Below, piece by piece: positions 9,723-18,658 of a DNA stretch of 30,116 nt. Position numbers and translations under genes: made by a program. The notes beneath the pieces were generated by a model. It did not search any database. It saw only the letters and a list, made by a program, of their open reading frames with translations, and had not been told where the DNA came from. The DNA is from Promethearchaeota archaeon (GTDB lineage Archaea > Asgardarchaeota > Lokiarchaeia > Sigyniarchaeales > SOKP01): NCBI GenBank assembly GCA_048938025.1, contig JBHLMP010000047.1:1-30116 (forward strand), written 5' to 3'. Each line of letters begins with the position of its first letter. The first letter of the stretch is position 1.

Positions 9723-10604
9723 TTACAGTTCAATTTTATCAATTACACCTTTAAATACTTTCTCAATAGGACCTTCCATAAAAATTTTTTTCCCAACATA
9801 GGTTATTATTAAATCTCCTCCATCATTATGGACAATTATGGGAGAATTTTTCTCAAAAAGCCCTAAAATAGATCCTGCTACTACAGCTGCACATGTTCCT
9901 GTTCCACATGACTTTGTTATCCCTACTCCTCTTTCAAATACCCTTAAAGTTGCCTCATGTTTCGATAGAACCTTTACAAATTCTACATTTACCTTATTTG
10001 GAAAACGTTCATGGGATTCTAGTACTGATCCATACTTATTTAATGCATCATCATCTAATTGCTCTTTAACAAATATAATTGCATGAGGATTCCCCATTGA
10101 GACTGCTGTAAAATTAAAAATTTTATCTAAAATAACAATTGGCTCATTAATGCATTTATCTATATTATCTTCTGTAATAACAGGGATTTTTTCACAGTCT
10201 AAAATAGGAGAGCCCATATCAATTTGTACGCTTTTTACTCTGTTGTTTATAATATTAAGCTTAGCAATTATTAGCCCCTTAAGAGTTTCAATATTAATCT
10301 GATCTTTTCTTACAATATTATTCTCATAAATATATTTTGAAAAACATCTAATTCCATTTCCACACATCTCTGCTTCTAATCCATTATTATTGAAAATACG
10401 CATTCTAATATCTGCATTTTCGGAATTACATACAAAAATAAGACCATCTGCACCAATTGAAAAATGAGTTTTACATAATTTAATTGCTAATTCTGATTTC
10501 TTTTTCTCAGGAATATTCCATTTAATATCATTTAAAAGAATATAATCATTTCCTAATCCATGATATTTCTCAAAATCTAAATTTTCCAGAAAAGAAGTTT
10601 CCAT
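9723..10604 (-). CDS. dapF: Diaminopimelate epimerase
   Basis: KYHGLGNDY, EMCGNGIRC, SMGNPH, NVEF, ERGVGITKSCGTG (both catalytic Cys present). Confidence 0.96.
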   Translation of the reverse strand: METSFLENLDFEKYHGLGNDYILLNDIKWNIPEKKKSELAIKLCKTHFSIGADGLIFVCNSENADIRMRIFNNNGLEAEMCGNGIRCFSKYIYENNIVRKDQINIETLKGLIIAKLNIINNRVKSVQIDMGSPILDCEKIPVITEDNIDKCINEPIVILDKIFNFTAVSMGNPHAIIFVKEQLDDDALNKYGSVLESHERFPNKVNVEFVKVLSKHEATLRVFERGVGITKSCGTGTCAAVVAGSILGLFEKNSPIIVHNDGGDLIITYVGKKIFMEGPIEKVFKGVIDKIEL

Positions 10605-10786
10605 GATTAATTCAACTAATTCTTCTAACTACTAATTTTAAAATATAACGATAATTGAAAAAAATTTCTAAATTTAATTTGTATAAATTGGACTTTAATT
10701 CTTTTTAAAATAAGATTATAAAAAATAAATAATTATAAAATGTTATATTTAATATCTATTTCAATAAAAGAAAGGTATATCTGTGT

Positions 10787-11299
10787 ATGAATTATAAAAA
10801 ACTATTTCTACTAGGCTCAATTTTTCTATTATCATTTCCAATTACTAATATATTGGCGTTCACATACGTAGATAATGTAAAAAATGGTAATTATATTTTC
10901 TTTTTAGTTGATTTAGATGTAGATGAAAATATTGAGCTAAATGTAACCCATGTAGGAAGTGGAAATTTCACTCTTTTTCTATTTAATAAAAGACCAACTA
11001 ATTCCTATGTAAGAAATGATAATACTCTTATTGTTAAAATTTTTAACGCCAGTGTAGCATATAATCTGGATGATAATCCTTATATTAACTATACGGCTCC
11101 AGTAGAAAAAATTTATTATATTGAAATTATTTTAATCAGTGGAGGACCTGATACTTTTACATTAACTTGTACACACGATTTAACACGATATTACCTTCCC
11201 CAAATTCCAGGATATCAGCTACCAGTTTTAATTTCTTCATTAATTTTTGTCCTAGGATTAATAATTATATTGTATAAGAAAAAAATGAAAAGAGTTTAA
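10787..11299 (+). CDS. Secreted, C-terminally anchored surface protein with IPGY-TM-basic tail (Loki-CTERM-like sorting signal)
   Basis: N-terminal signal peptide, beta-rich domain with N-x-S/T sequons, C-terminal IPGY + hydrophobic helix + KKKMKRV. Confidence 0.7.
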   Translation: MNYKKLFLLGSIFLLSFPITNILAFTYVDNVKNGNYIFFLVDLDVDENIELNVTHVGSGNFTLFLFNKRPTNSYVRNDNTLIVKIFNASVAYNLDDNPYINYTAPVEKIYYIEIILISGGPDTFTLTCTHDLTRYYLPQIPGYQLPVLISSLIFVLGLIIILYKKKMKRV

Positions 11300-11607
11300 T
11301 AAGTTAAAATTTCATATCTCCTCTTTTTTTATCAAATACACTTTATGGGAAAGTTGAAGTTATAAAAGATTTTAAATGTACCAAATCCGACACGAACAAT
11401 ATTTAAAGGACTTTCATTTTCTAAAATTTATCACCACTAAAATTTTCAATTTTAATAGAAATGAGCAAAACCGTTGTAAACTGATCGATTTCTAACAGTC
11501 AATTTTATATTCTATTTAATAATTTCATATCTATCAAAATATCAAAAAATTAATCATCGTGATGTAAAATTTCTTTCGAAGAACTTAGTAAAAAATTAGC
11601 AGAGTTA

Positions 11608-12759
11608 ATGAAAGATACTGAATCTATGGAACTTGTAGACGTTGATTTATTCGCGGAATACTTAGAATTTCAAGTCTTACCAGGTATGGTTGCTGGAGCA
11701 GCTCAAGCAGTTTTACCAGGAATCGGGAAAGCAGAATGGACCCCAACCAAATTCTCACTGGATGTAGAATTCCCTGGAAAAATTGAAACCGTTGAATTTA
11801 TACGCTCTAATGGGAAAAAAGCTGTCATTGGTGGTGAAGTTGTACCGCCCTTTTATAATTTCTTAGGACTTGATAAAAGAAATCCTCATCCACCACTAGT
11901 CACCTATGATGTTTTCGATATGGGCTCAGAAATGATATTACCAAAACCCATTAAAATGGAATATAAAGAAGTTCTTGGAGATCCTGCCTCTTGGGCAAAA
12001 TTCGCTGTAGATAAGTTCGATGCCGAATGTGTCACATTTCACTCTTTAGGAATCGACCCCGGAACATTAGATTGGCCAATATCAAAATCTAGAAAACTTT
12101 TTGAAGATATACTTCAAGCTGTTGATGTTCCAGTCATTATTGGGTGCTCTGGAAATAAAAAAAAAGATGTTGAAATGTTTCAAGTACTCGCTGAAGTTTC
12201 AGAAAGTGAAGTATTAATGCTTTCAGCAGCAGATAAGGCAACTTGGGAAGAAGTAATTCCTCTAGCAGTTAAATATGACCACAACTGTCTTTTATGGACT
12301 AGTTTAGATCTAAATAACCAAATCAAGATGAACAAGGATGCCCTTGAACTTGGACTCCCACGTAACCGAATTGTCATGGACCCAACGTGTGCAACTTTAG
12401 GTTACGGCCTAGAATACTCATTTAGCATTTACCAGCGCATGCGAATCGCAGGACTCTTAGGGGAAACTGATTTAGCATATCCAATTAGTGGAGGAACAAC
12501 TAATGCATGGGGTGCTCGTGAAGCTTGGATGAGTGAGAAAACAGCCCCAGAATGGGGCTTAAGGCAATATAGAGGCCCAATATGGGAGGTTCTTAATGCT
12601 TTAAGCTTGACGCTTGTAGGGCTTGACTTAGCAATGATGTTTCATCCTATCGCAGCTAAACATATGAAAGAGATAACAAGCCAATTCTTTGAAGCAGTTC
12701 CAAAAGAATTGGATGACAGAGGATATTACGACTGGGTTTCTGCCAATTTAAAACGTTAG
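11608..12759 (+). CDS. cdhD: Acetyl-CoA decarbonylase/synthase complex subunit delta (corrinoid Fe-S protein small subunit)
   Basis: IGGEVVPPFY, DVFD, GDPASWAK, IIGCSGNKKKD, VMDPTCATLGYGLEYS, NAWGAREAW, RGPIWE, MFHP. Confidence 0.9.
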   Translation: MKDTESMELVDVDLFAEYLEFQVLPGMVAGAAQAVLPGIGKAEWTPTKFSLDVEFPGKIETVEFIRSNGKKAVIGGEVVPPFYNFLGLDKRNPHPPLVTYDVFDMGSEMILPKPIKMEYKEVLGDPASWAKFAVDKFDAECVTFHSLGIDPGTLDWPISKSRKLFEDILQAVDVPVIIGCSGNKKKDVEMFQVLAEVSESEVLMLSAADKATWEEVIPLAVKYDHNCLLWTSLDLNNQIKMNKDALELGLPRNRIVMDPTCATLGYGLEYSFSIYQRMRIAGLLGETDLAYPISGGTTNAWGAREAWMSEKTAPEWGLRQYRGPIWEVLNALSLTLVGLDLAMMFHPIAAKHMKEITSQFFEAVPKELDDRGYYDWVSANLKR

Positions 12760-12969
12760 TCAATTTCTTTTTATTTTAAATTTTTATTTCTCTTTTTATT
12801 ACAAATTTTTACCCCTAAAATGTATGTTTTACCACTATTTTCTAAATCTTACCATTATCTTCAATATAATCTTTATATATTCATGATACAAATATAAAGA
12901 TCAAATAAAATAAATTATTGATTTGCTTCAGTAATTTTATATACGAAATTCAAAAAAATTAAGATTAAA

Positions 12970-13386
12970 ATGAATTGTCCAAATTGCGGTTCAGAAATCC
13001 TTGATAATTCAAAATTTTGTCCCGATTGTGGAGAAGTCTTAAAAAGAGAAAAAATTGTTATAGAAGAAACACCACAAGAAAAAGCTTCTACTGTTAGAGC
13101 TTTAGAACAAAAGTTAGATCCAACGATGGAGAAGAGGGGAGAATACGGCAATTTTCTTATACAGCAATTTTCAAATATTAAAGCTCCAAAAAAAAAGATA
13201 AGGAGAAAATTATCCGTCTCTGGTTCTAATGAAAAGTTTATAGTAGGCCTTGTTTTATGTATTATTGGATTAATATTGATAGGTATGGGTATAGCAATCA
13301 TGCGCTCTGCCATAATAGAAGGATTGGCGATTTTTTTTGTAGGCGCTGTCATTGGGTTTATAGGGGTGTTGATTCTTGAGTGGTAG
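12970..13386 (+). CDS. Zinc-ribbon protein with two C-terminal TM helices
   Basis: MNCPNCG..SKFCPDCG N-terminal zinc ribbon; two hydrophobic segments at the C-terminus. Confidence 0.75.
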   Translation: MNCPNCGSEILDNSKFCPDCGEVLKREKIVIEETPQEKASTVRALEQKLDPTMEKRGEYGNFLIQQFSNIKAPKKKIRRKLSVSGSNEKFIVGLVLCIIGLILIGMGIAIMRSAIIEGLAIFFVGAVIGFIGVLILEW

Positions 13387-13653
13387 AAGAAATCTTCAAG
13401 ATATCTTAAATAAAATGAGAGATAAGGGTAATTATATAATCACAATCAGATCAAAATAAGGATAAAAGTTCTTATTTTTTTGCTAACGTTCCAAAAGTGT
13501 TAGACGAGGTTTTTATGATTGAATTTCAGCAAATTTAAAACGCTAAATTTTTTTTATTTTTTATTTTCTTCTTTTTTTGCTATTCAAATTAATAAGATAC
13601 ATTTTTAATATGAGAAATTATTTCATATACATTAAAATGGATATAAGTAATTT

Positions 13654-15360
13654 TTGAAGATGCTAAGTGAACATGTAATAGATTTTCAAGTTACTATTTT
13701 TTTTCTTATAGGATCCGTATTTTTCTTTCTAGTTTACCTTAGAAATCGAGACTTAAAGTATTACATTCCTGGATACATTTCAGCTCCTTTTGGTTATTTT
13801 ATCTATTATTTGCACTATTATTATTATTTTTACAGGTTGCTTGGAAATATTATAATGGCATTTGGTACTATACTTTTCATGTTAGGAGCTCTTGTAGAAT
13901 ATTTTAGTATTACGAAGAACAAAATAAGAATTAAAAAGAATAGCCTTATACTTTTGATTCCTTCTATTATAAGTATAATTGCATTTCAAATTATAATCAT
14001 TATTTGCTTATTCATAGGAATTATCCTCATAATTAACATCTATTTAATTCAAAAAACACCGAGACACTTAGCATTAGCATTGTTTCTATGTTCGGGAGCT
14101 TTTTCGGCAACTTGTTCAATATTAAACACCGCTAATATCACAGGTGCTTTAGAATTAAGTTTTTTAGCTGTTATAATCTTCACAACGCTCTTCGTGATAT
14201 TTCCTATAATTGCTTATATTGAGGATTTAATGTTGAAAGTGGAGAAAGATTTAATTGAATCAGAAGAAAAGTTTAGAACTATTACAGAACAATCCTTTAT
14301 GGGGATAATTATTGTCCAGGGTGGAAAAGTACTATATATGAACAAAGCAGTCTCTGTGATCACAGGATACCCATTGGAGGAAATACTCCAATGGTCAATG
14401 AAACAATATATACAATTGATTCATCCCGAGGATGCTAAAACTATAAATGAAAGAGTACAGAAAAATATTGAAGGAGATGTCAGTCCATTTTCAACTAATA
14501 TTTTTAGAATTATTGATAAAAAAGGGGATACTAAGTGGATTGCAGATTATACCGCAAGAATTATCATTGAAGGAAAAGTAGCAAATATCATCTCTCTTAT
14601 GGACGTAACTGATAGAGTTGAAGCTGAACAAATCATATTGGAAGAGAACAAGAAATTGATAGAATTGGATCAGATGAGGCAGAATCTTCTTACAAGAATT
14701 TCACATGAATTAAAAACACCTTTGACGTCAATTTTCGGAGTTTCTCAATACTTTATGGGTTCAATAATTTCAAAATTAGATGATAATATGAAGGAATTCC
14801 TTATAATCTCTCATAGAGGAATTTTGCGGTTAAAAGAACTTATAGATAATTTAATTGATGCCTCTCAATTCAATATGAAAAAAATTAAACTAAGAATTGA
14901 AAATATTAGTCTGAATAAACTAATTAAAGACTGTGCAAGAGAATTGTCCTACTTAATTTCAGCTAGGAATTTAGAATTAAGATTAGAGTTAATAAATGAA
15001 ATAGATTATCCTGTAGATAAAATTCGCATTACTCAAACATTGATTAATTTAATTTCTAATTCGATTAAAAATACACCAGCAGGTGGAAAAATCATTCTGA
15101 AATTGCAGGAAAATAATAAATTTGTAGATATTATTGTTGAGGATAATGGAGTTGGGTTAACATCATCAGAAAAAGAAAAACTTTTTAAGAAGTTTGGAAA
15201 AATTGAACGTTATGGGCAAAACTTAGATGTGGATATTGAGGGTGCTGGTCTGGGCCTCTTTATTTCTAAAGAGATAGTTGAATTGCATAAAGGAAAAATC
15301 TTAGTAGAATCTAAAGGTAGAAATCAAGGTGCTAAGTTCATAATAAGATTATATAAATAA
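13654..15360 (+). CDS. Membrane sensor histidine kinase (~6-7 TM + PAS + HisKA + HATPase)
   Basis: Hydrophobic N-terminal ~190 aa; PAS (IHPEDA, DVTDR); SHELKTPLTSI; NLISNSIKNT; DNGVG; GAGLGL. Confidence 0.9.
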   Translation: MKMLSEHVIDFQVTIFFLIGSVFFFLVYLRNRDLKYYIPGYISAPFGYFIYYLHYYYYFYRLLGNIIMAFGTILFMLGALVEYFSITKNKIRIKKNSLILLIPSIISIIAFQIIIIICLFIGIILIINIYLIQKTPRHLALALFLCSGAFSATCSILNTANITGALELSFLAVIIFTTLFVIFPIIAYIEDLMLKVEKDLIESEEKFRTITEQSFMGIIIVQGGKVLYMNKAVSVITGYPLEEILQWSMKQYIQLIHPEDAKTINERVQKNIEGDVSPFSTNIFRIIDKKGDTKWIADYTARIIIEGKVANIISLMDVTDRVEAEQIILEENKKLIELDQMRQNLLTRISHELKTPLTSIFGVSQYFMGSIISKLDDNMKEFLIISHRGILRLKELIDNLIDASQFNMKKIKLRIENISLNKLIKDCARELSYLISARNLELRLELINEIDYPVDKIRITQTLINLISNSIKNTPAGGKIILKLQENNKFVDIIVEDNGVGLTSSEKEKLFKKFGKIERYGQNLDVDIEGAGLGLFISKEIVELHKGKILVESKGRNQGAKFIIRLYK

Positions 15361-15367
15361 AAAAGAA

Positions 15368-16270
15368 CTAGTCTTTCTTTATAAATTTATAAATGACATT
15401 AAAATCCTCCAAATTGAAAGGTTTAGAAATTACTCCATCAGCACCAAACTCATCCATCTTATTTAATGCTTCAGAACGTGGTATCGCAGTTAAAAAAAAA
15501 ACAGGTAAATTTTCTATTTCCGAATTTTCTCGAATTTCTTTTATTACATCAAAGCCATCCATATCTGGTAATATTATATCAAGAAGAACAACTGATGGAG
15601 AATTCTGCTTTAAAAAATTGAGTGCTTCCTGACCCAATTTCATATTTTTACAAGAATATCCTAGCGATCTAAAATATCTCTCTAAAAAACTTACAGTCTC
15701 ATAATTATCTTCGATTAGTAAAATATCATACTTTAAATGGTTTTCCTCAACCATTATATCCTTCTCCTCAAATTTTTTTTTTTCTATATTTTCAATTATA
15801 TATTTTTCAAAGGAAAAACATTGCTCTAAAATAATTTTTAAAAGATTAATTGAATCTTCATCTAAATATTGCTTCTTTTGTCTAAGCATAAGTTGTACAT
15901 ATGCTTTAATATTGGTTAACTTTTGTTTCAAATAAAATGATAGATTTGGTTTAAAGGATTCATCATTTAACGATAAACTTTCTAAATTTTTATCTGTATA
16001 ATTTATAAAGAAATCCATTGCATTCCTAATTAATTTTGAAAGAACCGAATAGCCATTTTTTTTAGCAAAATCTATCCAATTTTTTTTTCTATTTTTATCT
16101 ATATAAAAAGCAACACGTTCTTTTTCGATATTATAGTTTTTTTCACCTTTTTGCCACTTTAAAAAGGTCTTGGTTAATTTATTTCCCCAATAAGCTCTTT
16201 TTCCCGTTTCCTTTTCAAACTTTTCAATGAGATCTGATGGGATTGTATGTTTTTCCAAAGACTTTAGCAC
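15368..16270 (-). CDS. Response regulator: N-terminal small domain + RHH-like DNA-binding domain + degenerate HisKA + receiver
   Basis: C-terminal receiver (LLIEDN, LLDIILPDMDG, FLTA, KPF); RVAFYID..KKNW..LSKLIRNAM RHH-like pattern; SFYLKQKLTNIKAY resembles an H-box without His; GTG start. Confidence 0.75.
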   Translation of the reverse strand: MLKSLEKHTIPSDLIEKFEKETGKRAYWGNKLTKTFLKWQKGEKNYNIEKERVAFYIDKNRKKNWIDFAKKNGYSVLSKLIRNAMDFFINYTDKNLESLSLNDESFKPNLSFYLKQKLTNIKAYVQLMLRQKKQYLDEDSINLLKIILEQCFSFEKYIIENIEKKKFEEKDIMVEENHLKYDILLIEDNYETVSFLERYFRSLGYSCKNMKLGQEALNFLKQNSPSVVLLDIILPDMDGFDVIKEIRENSEIENLPVFFLTAIPRSEALNKMDEFGADGVISKPFNLEDFNVIYKFIKKD

Positions 16271-16305
16271 TACTATATTTAGATTTTTAATATATTAAAA
16301 TAATA

Positions 16306-16551
16306 TTTTGCACATATAAAATTATTGATTTTTCTTTATAAGAATGTAATTTTAAAATCTTTTTATCACTAAATATTTAGAATATATTATATGAAATTAT
16401 TATTTGTGCGTACTATTGTAGCATAATTTTTAGAAGAACACTTAACTTCATAAATGCAAAAATAATTACATTATTATAAAATTTAAATCAGATATGTGCA
16501 AAAAATATTTTTTTTATACAATTATTCTTAGAAAAAGTGCAAAAATAATTA
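16306..16551. promoter_or_regulatory. Array of (G)TGCAAAAA motifs in a divergent promoter; candidate operator
   Basis: Exact TGCAAAAATAATTA at 16455 and 16538, TGCAAAAAA at 16497 (42/41-bp spacing); inverted ATATGTGCAAAA at 16306-16317 matching 16492-16503. Confidence 0.5.
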
Positions 16552-16566
16552 AAAAAGTGTAGAATT

Positions 16567-17478
16567 ATGGGAATTAGAAATATTTTAAAAAAAATTTTTT
16601 CAGGAGTCAAAAAAATTGTTATATGTGGGCTTGATAATTCTGGAAAATCTACTTTAGTCTCTTTTCTACAAACGGGAACCTTCATAGAGCATACCCCGAC
16701 AATGGGAAAAGCCCAAACAAATATAGAGATTCAAGGAATTAAATTTAATCTAGTTGATATGGGAGGTCAAAAAGATTTTCGAGCGCTTTGGGCTGGAGAA
16801 ATGCAAGATGCTGCGATAGTACTTTTTATGTTAGATGCTCATGATATAAATAGATTTGAAGAAGCGAAACAAGAATTAATTAAATTAAGTTCGATAATAA
16901 ATAATATGCCTCTTATCATTTTAGCAAATAAGAACGACCTTCAACCTGTAGCTTCAATTAAACAAATCATTGAAGAATTAGACTTAATAAAATTTCCTTC
17001 TTTTGAAGTCCTGCCAATTTCTTCTAAAACAGGTTTTGGTATTACCAATGCTTTTTCCAAAATTTATTATAAACTAACAGGCAAACAATTGGTCAAAAGG
17101 GTTACACCAAAAGCTTTAACTATATTTAATAAAGGAGGTATTCCATTAACCTCAAAGGAAGGTCTTGTTAATGACATTGATATTTTACGAGGCGGTTTAT
17201 ATGCGGCTATTGTTAGTTTTGTTCAAGAATCATTTAAATCAGAATTACATCAAATAAAGCTTGAAGGTCATATTATCATCTTAAAAAGAACTAAATATCT
17301 AATGGGCTCAATTGTTATTGAAGATTCTAGTTCTGTAGATTCTAGTGAAGCAGAATTAAGGCTTTCCGAATTATTAGAACATCTTGAAAATATGTGCCCT
17401 GAACTTGCAAGAGATAATTTAGATATGGAAAAAATAGATTTTTTAACACAGCAATTTGCAACAAATATTTTTTCATAA
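16567..17478 (+). CDS. Arf-family-like small GTPase fused to a C-terminal longin/roadblock-like domain
   Basis: G1 GLDNSGKS, G2 TPTMG, G3 DMGGQ..FRALW, G4 NKND, G5 SSK; amphipathic MGIRNILKKIF N-terminus; C-terminal IFNKGGIPL..GGLYAAIVSFVQE pattern. Confidence 0.88.
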   Translation: MGIRNILKKIFSGVKKIVICGLDNSGKSTLVSFLQTGTFIEHTPTMGKAQTNIEIQGIKFNLVDMGGQKDFRALWAGEMQDAAIVLFMLDAHDINRFEEAKQELIKLSSIINNMPLIILANKNDLQPVASIKQIIEELDLIKFPSFEVLPISSKTGFGITNAFSKIYYKLTGKQLVKRVTPKALTIFNKGGIPLTSKEGLVNDIDILRGGLYAAIVSFVQESFKSELHQIKLEGHIIILKRTKYLMGSIVIEDSSSVDSSEAELRLSELLEHLENMCPELARDNLDMEKIDFLTQQFATNIFS

Positions 17479-17507
17479 TTTTTTTAATATTAAAAAGAGG
17501 CAAAAAA

Positions 17508-18005
17508 ATGATCACATCAAATATTATTATTTGTGAATTAAAAGGTTCAATAAATTCAAATCCTTGCATTCTAGGCTCATATCCAGTTGATATTAAAGAT
17601 AAAAAATCAATGCAAATGATTCCAAAGTTTTTTCCATTCGGATCCGAACCGGGAGATTTTCTAACAAATAAATTTGATAAAAATTTGATATTATCCTATA
17701 TATTTACCATCAAAAAAATTAATGAAAGAGACGATCTAATGTCGATTTCAATAATATTTGATAAAAAGGAAAATCTCGAAATATATAAACTCGTTCTAAT
17801 TGAAATAATAGAATCCCTTTCAAATAATCAATTATTAACGGAAGAGAATCTAAAGAAATACTTACCAATTATTTTTAAGGGAATCTACGAAGAATGTAAT
17901 ATAGAAATTGATGCAGTAAAAATTGAATTACATAAAATTATCGAGAATGCTCGAGCTAAATATATAAAAAGAAAACCAAATATTAGGGGGAGTTTTTCAC
18001 TATGA
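17508..18005 (+). CDS. Hypothetical protein, possibly uDENN/longin-like
   Basis: Beta-hairpin, PCILGSYP, then FFP motif, beta strands and helices, reminiscent of uDENN; ATGA overlap with the next gene. Confidence 0.5.
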   Translation: MITSNIIICELKGSINSNPCILGSYPVDIKDKKSMQMIPKFFPFGSEPGDFLTNKFDKNLILSYIFTIKKINERDDLMSISIIFDKKENLEIYKLVLIEIIESLSNNQLLTEENLKKYLPIIFKGIYEECNIEIDAVKIELHKIIENARAKYIKRKPNIRGSFSL

Positions 18006-18658
18006 ATATTGAAGGATTTAGGGATATATTATCATTAATTAATCTATATGTGGAATTCATTTTATTGCCGCTGATGGCAGGATTAGTCTTAAGGAAAGTA
18101 ATTAAGGAGAAGCAAAGAACGGGAGAAATAAATTACATTCGCTTTATTATAGCTTGTGTTTTCTTAAGTTTCTCTTGGACAATAATTTGGGAATTTTTAT
18201 CCGAAAAAACCCCACTTGCAGACGTTATTCCTAATCAATTGATTGGCAATGGAACAGAATCATTTGGATTTTATAATTTAGGTATAGGCCTGATGGTATC
18301 CTTTGGAATCCTATTGCCTTTATATATTACTCAAAAGGAGACATTCTACTATGTCCCTTTTTTCATTTTCGGAGGTATGTATATTTACTATTTATTCACT
18401 GGATATGATGCTTGGCTGATGAATTATATCGAACTTGGGGGTATAATTGGGTTGATCTCCTTATTTTTTGTAGCATTTCGGTATAAGGATAATGGATCCT
18501 TAGGACTTGCGATATTTTTTCTTTTTGCCTTCCTTGTATTAATATTAGAGAATATCTTTGCAACTTTAATGAATTCCAGTTATATCATATTCGGAGTAAT
18601 CTTATCCTTAGGATATTTCAAACCATTTAAAGTGGAGGTTGAGAACAAGGATGATTAA
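18002..18658 (+). CDS. Stand-alone seven-transmembrane protein (paralog A)
   Basis: Seven hydrophobic segments by eye; shares EFILL, FYY(V/L)P and K.NG motifs with the next gene. Confidence 0.75.
   Translation: MNIEGFRDILSLINLYVEFILLPLMAGLVLRKVIKEKQRTGEINYIRFIIACVFLSFSWTIIWEFLSEKTPLADVIPNQLIGNGTESFGFYNLGIGLMVSFGILLPLYITQKETFYYVPFFIFGGMYIYYLFTGYDAWLMNYIELGGIIGLISLFFVAFRYKDNGSLGLAIFFLFAFLVLILENIFATLMNSSYIIFGVILSLGYFKPFKVEVENKDD

Noticed and set aside
12915-13352. 145-aa minus-strand ORF
   Set aside because: Antisense shadow of the zinc-ribbon gene
16455-16551. CRISPR-like mini array
   Set aside because: Repeats are only 9-14 bp with a 41-42 bp period, and there are no cas genes
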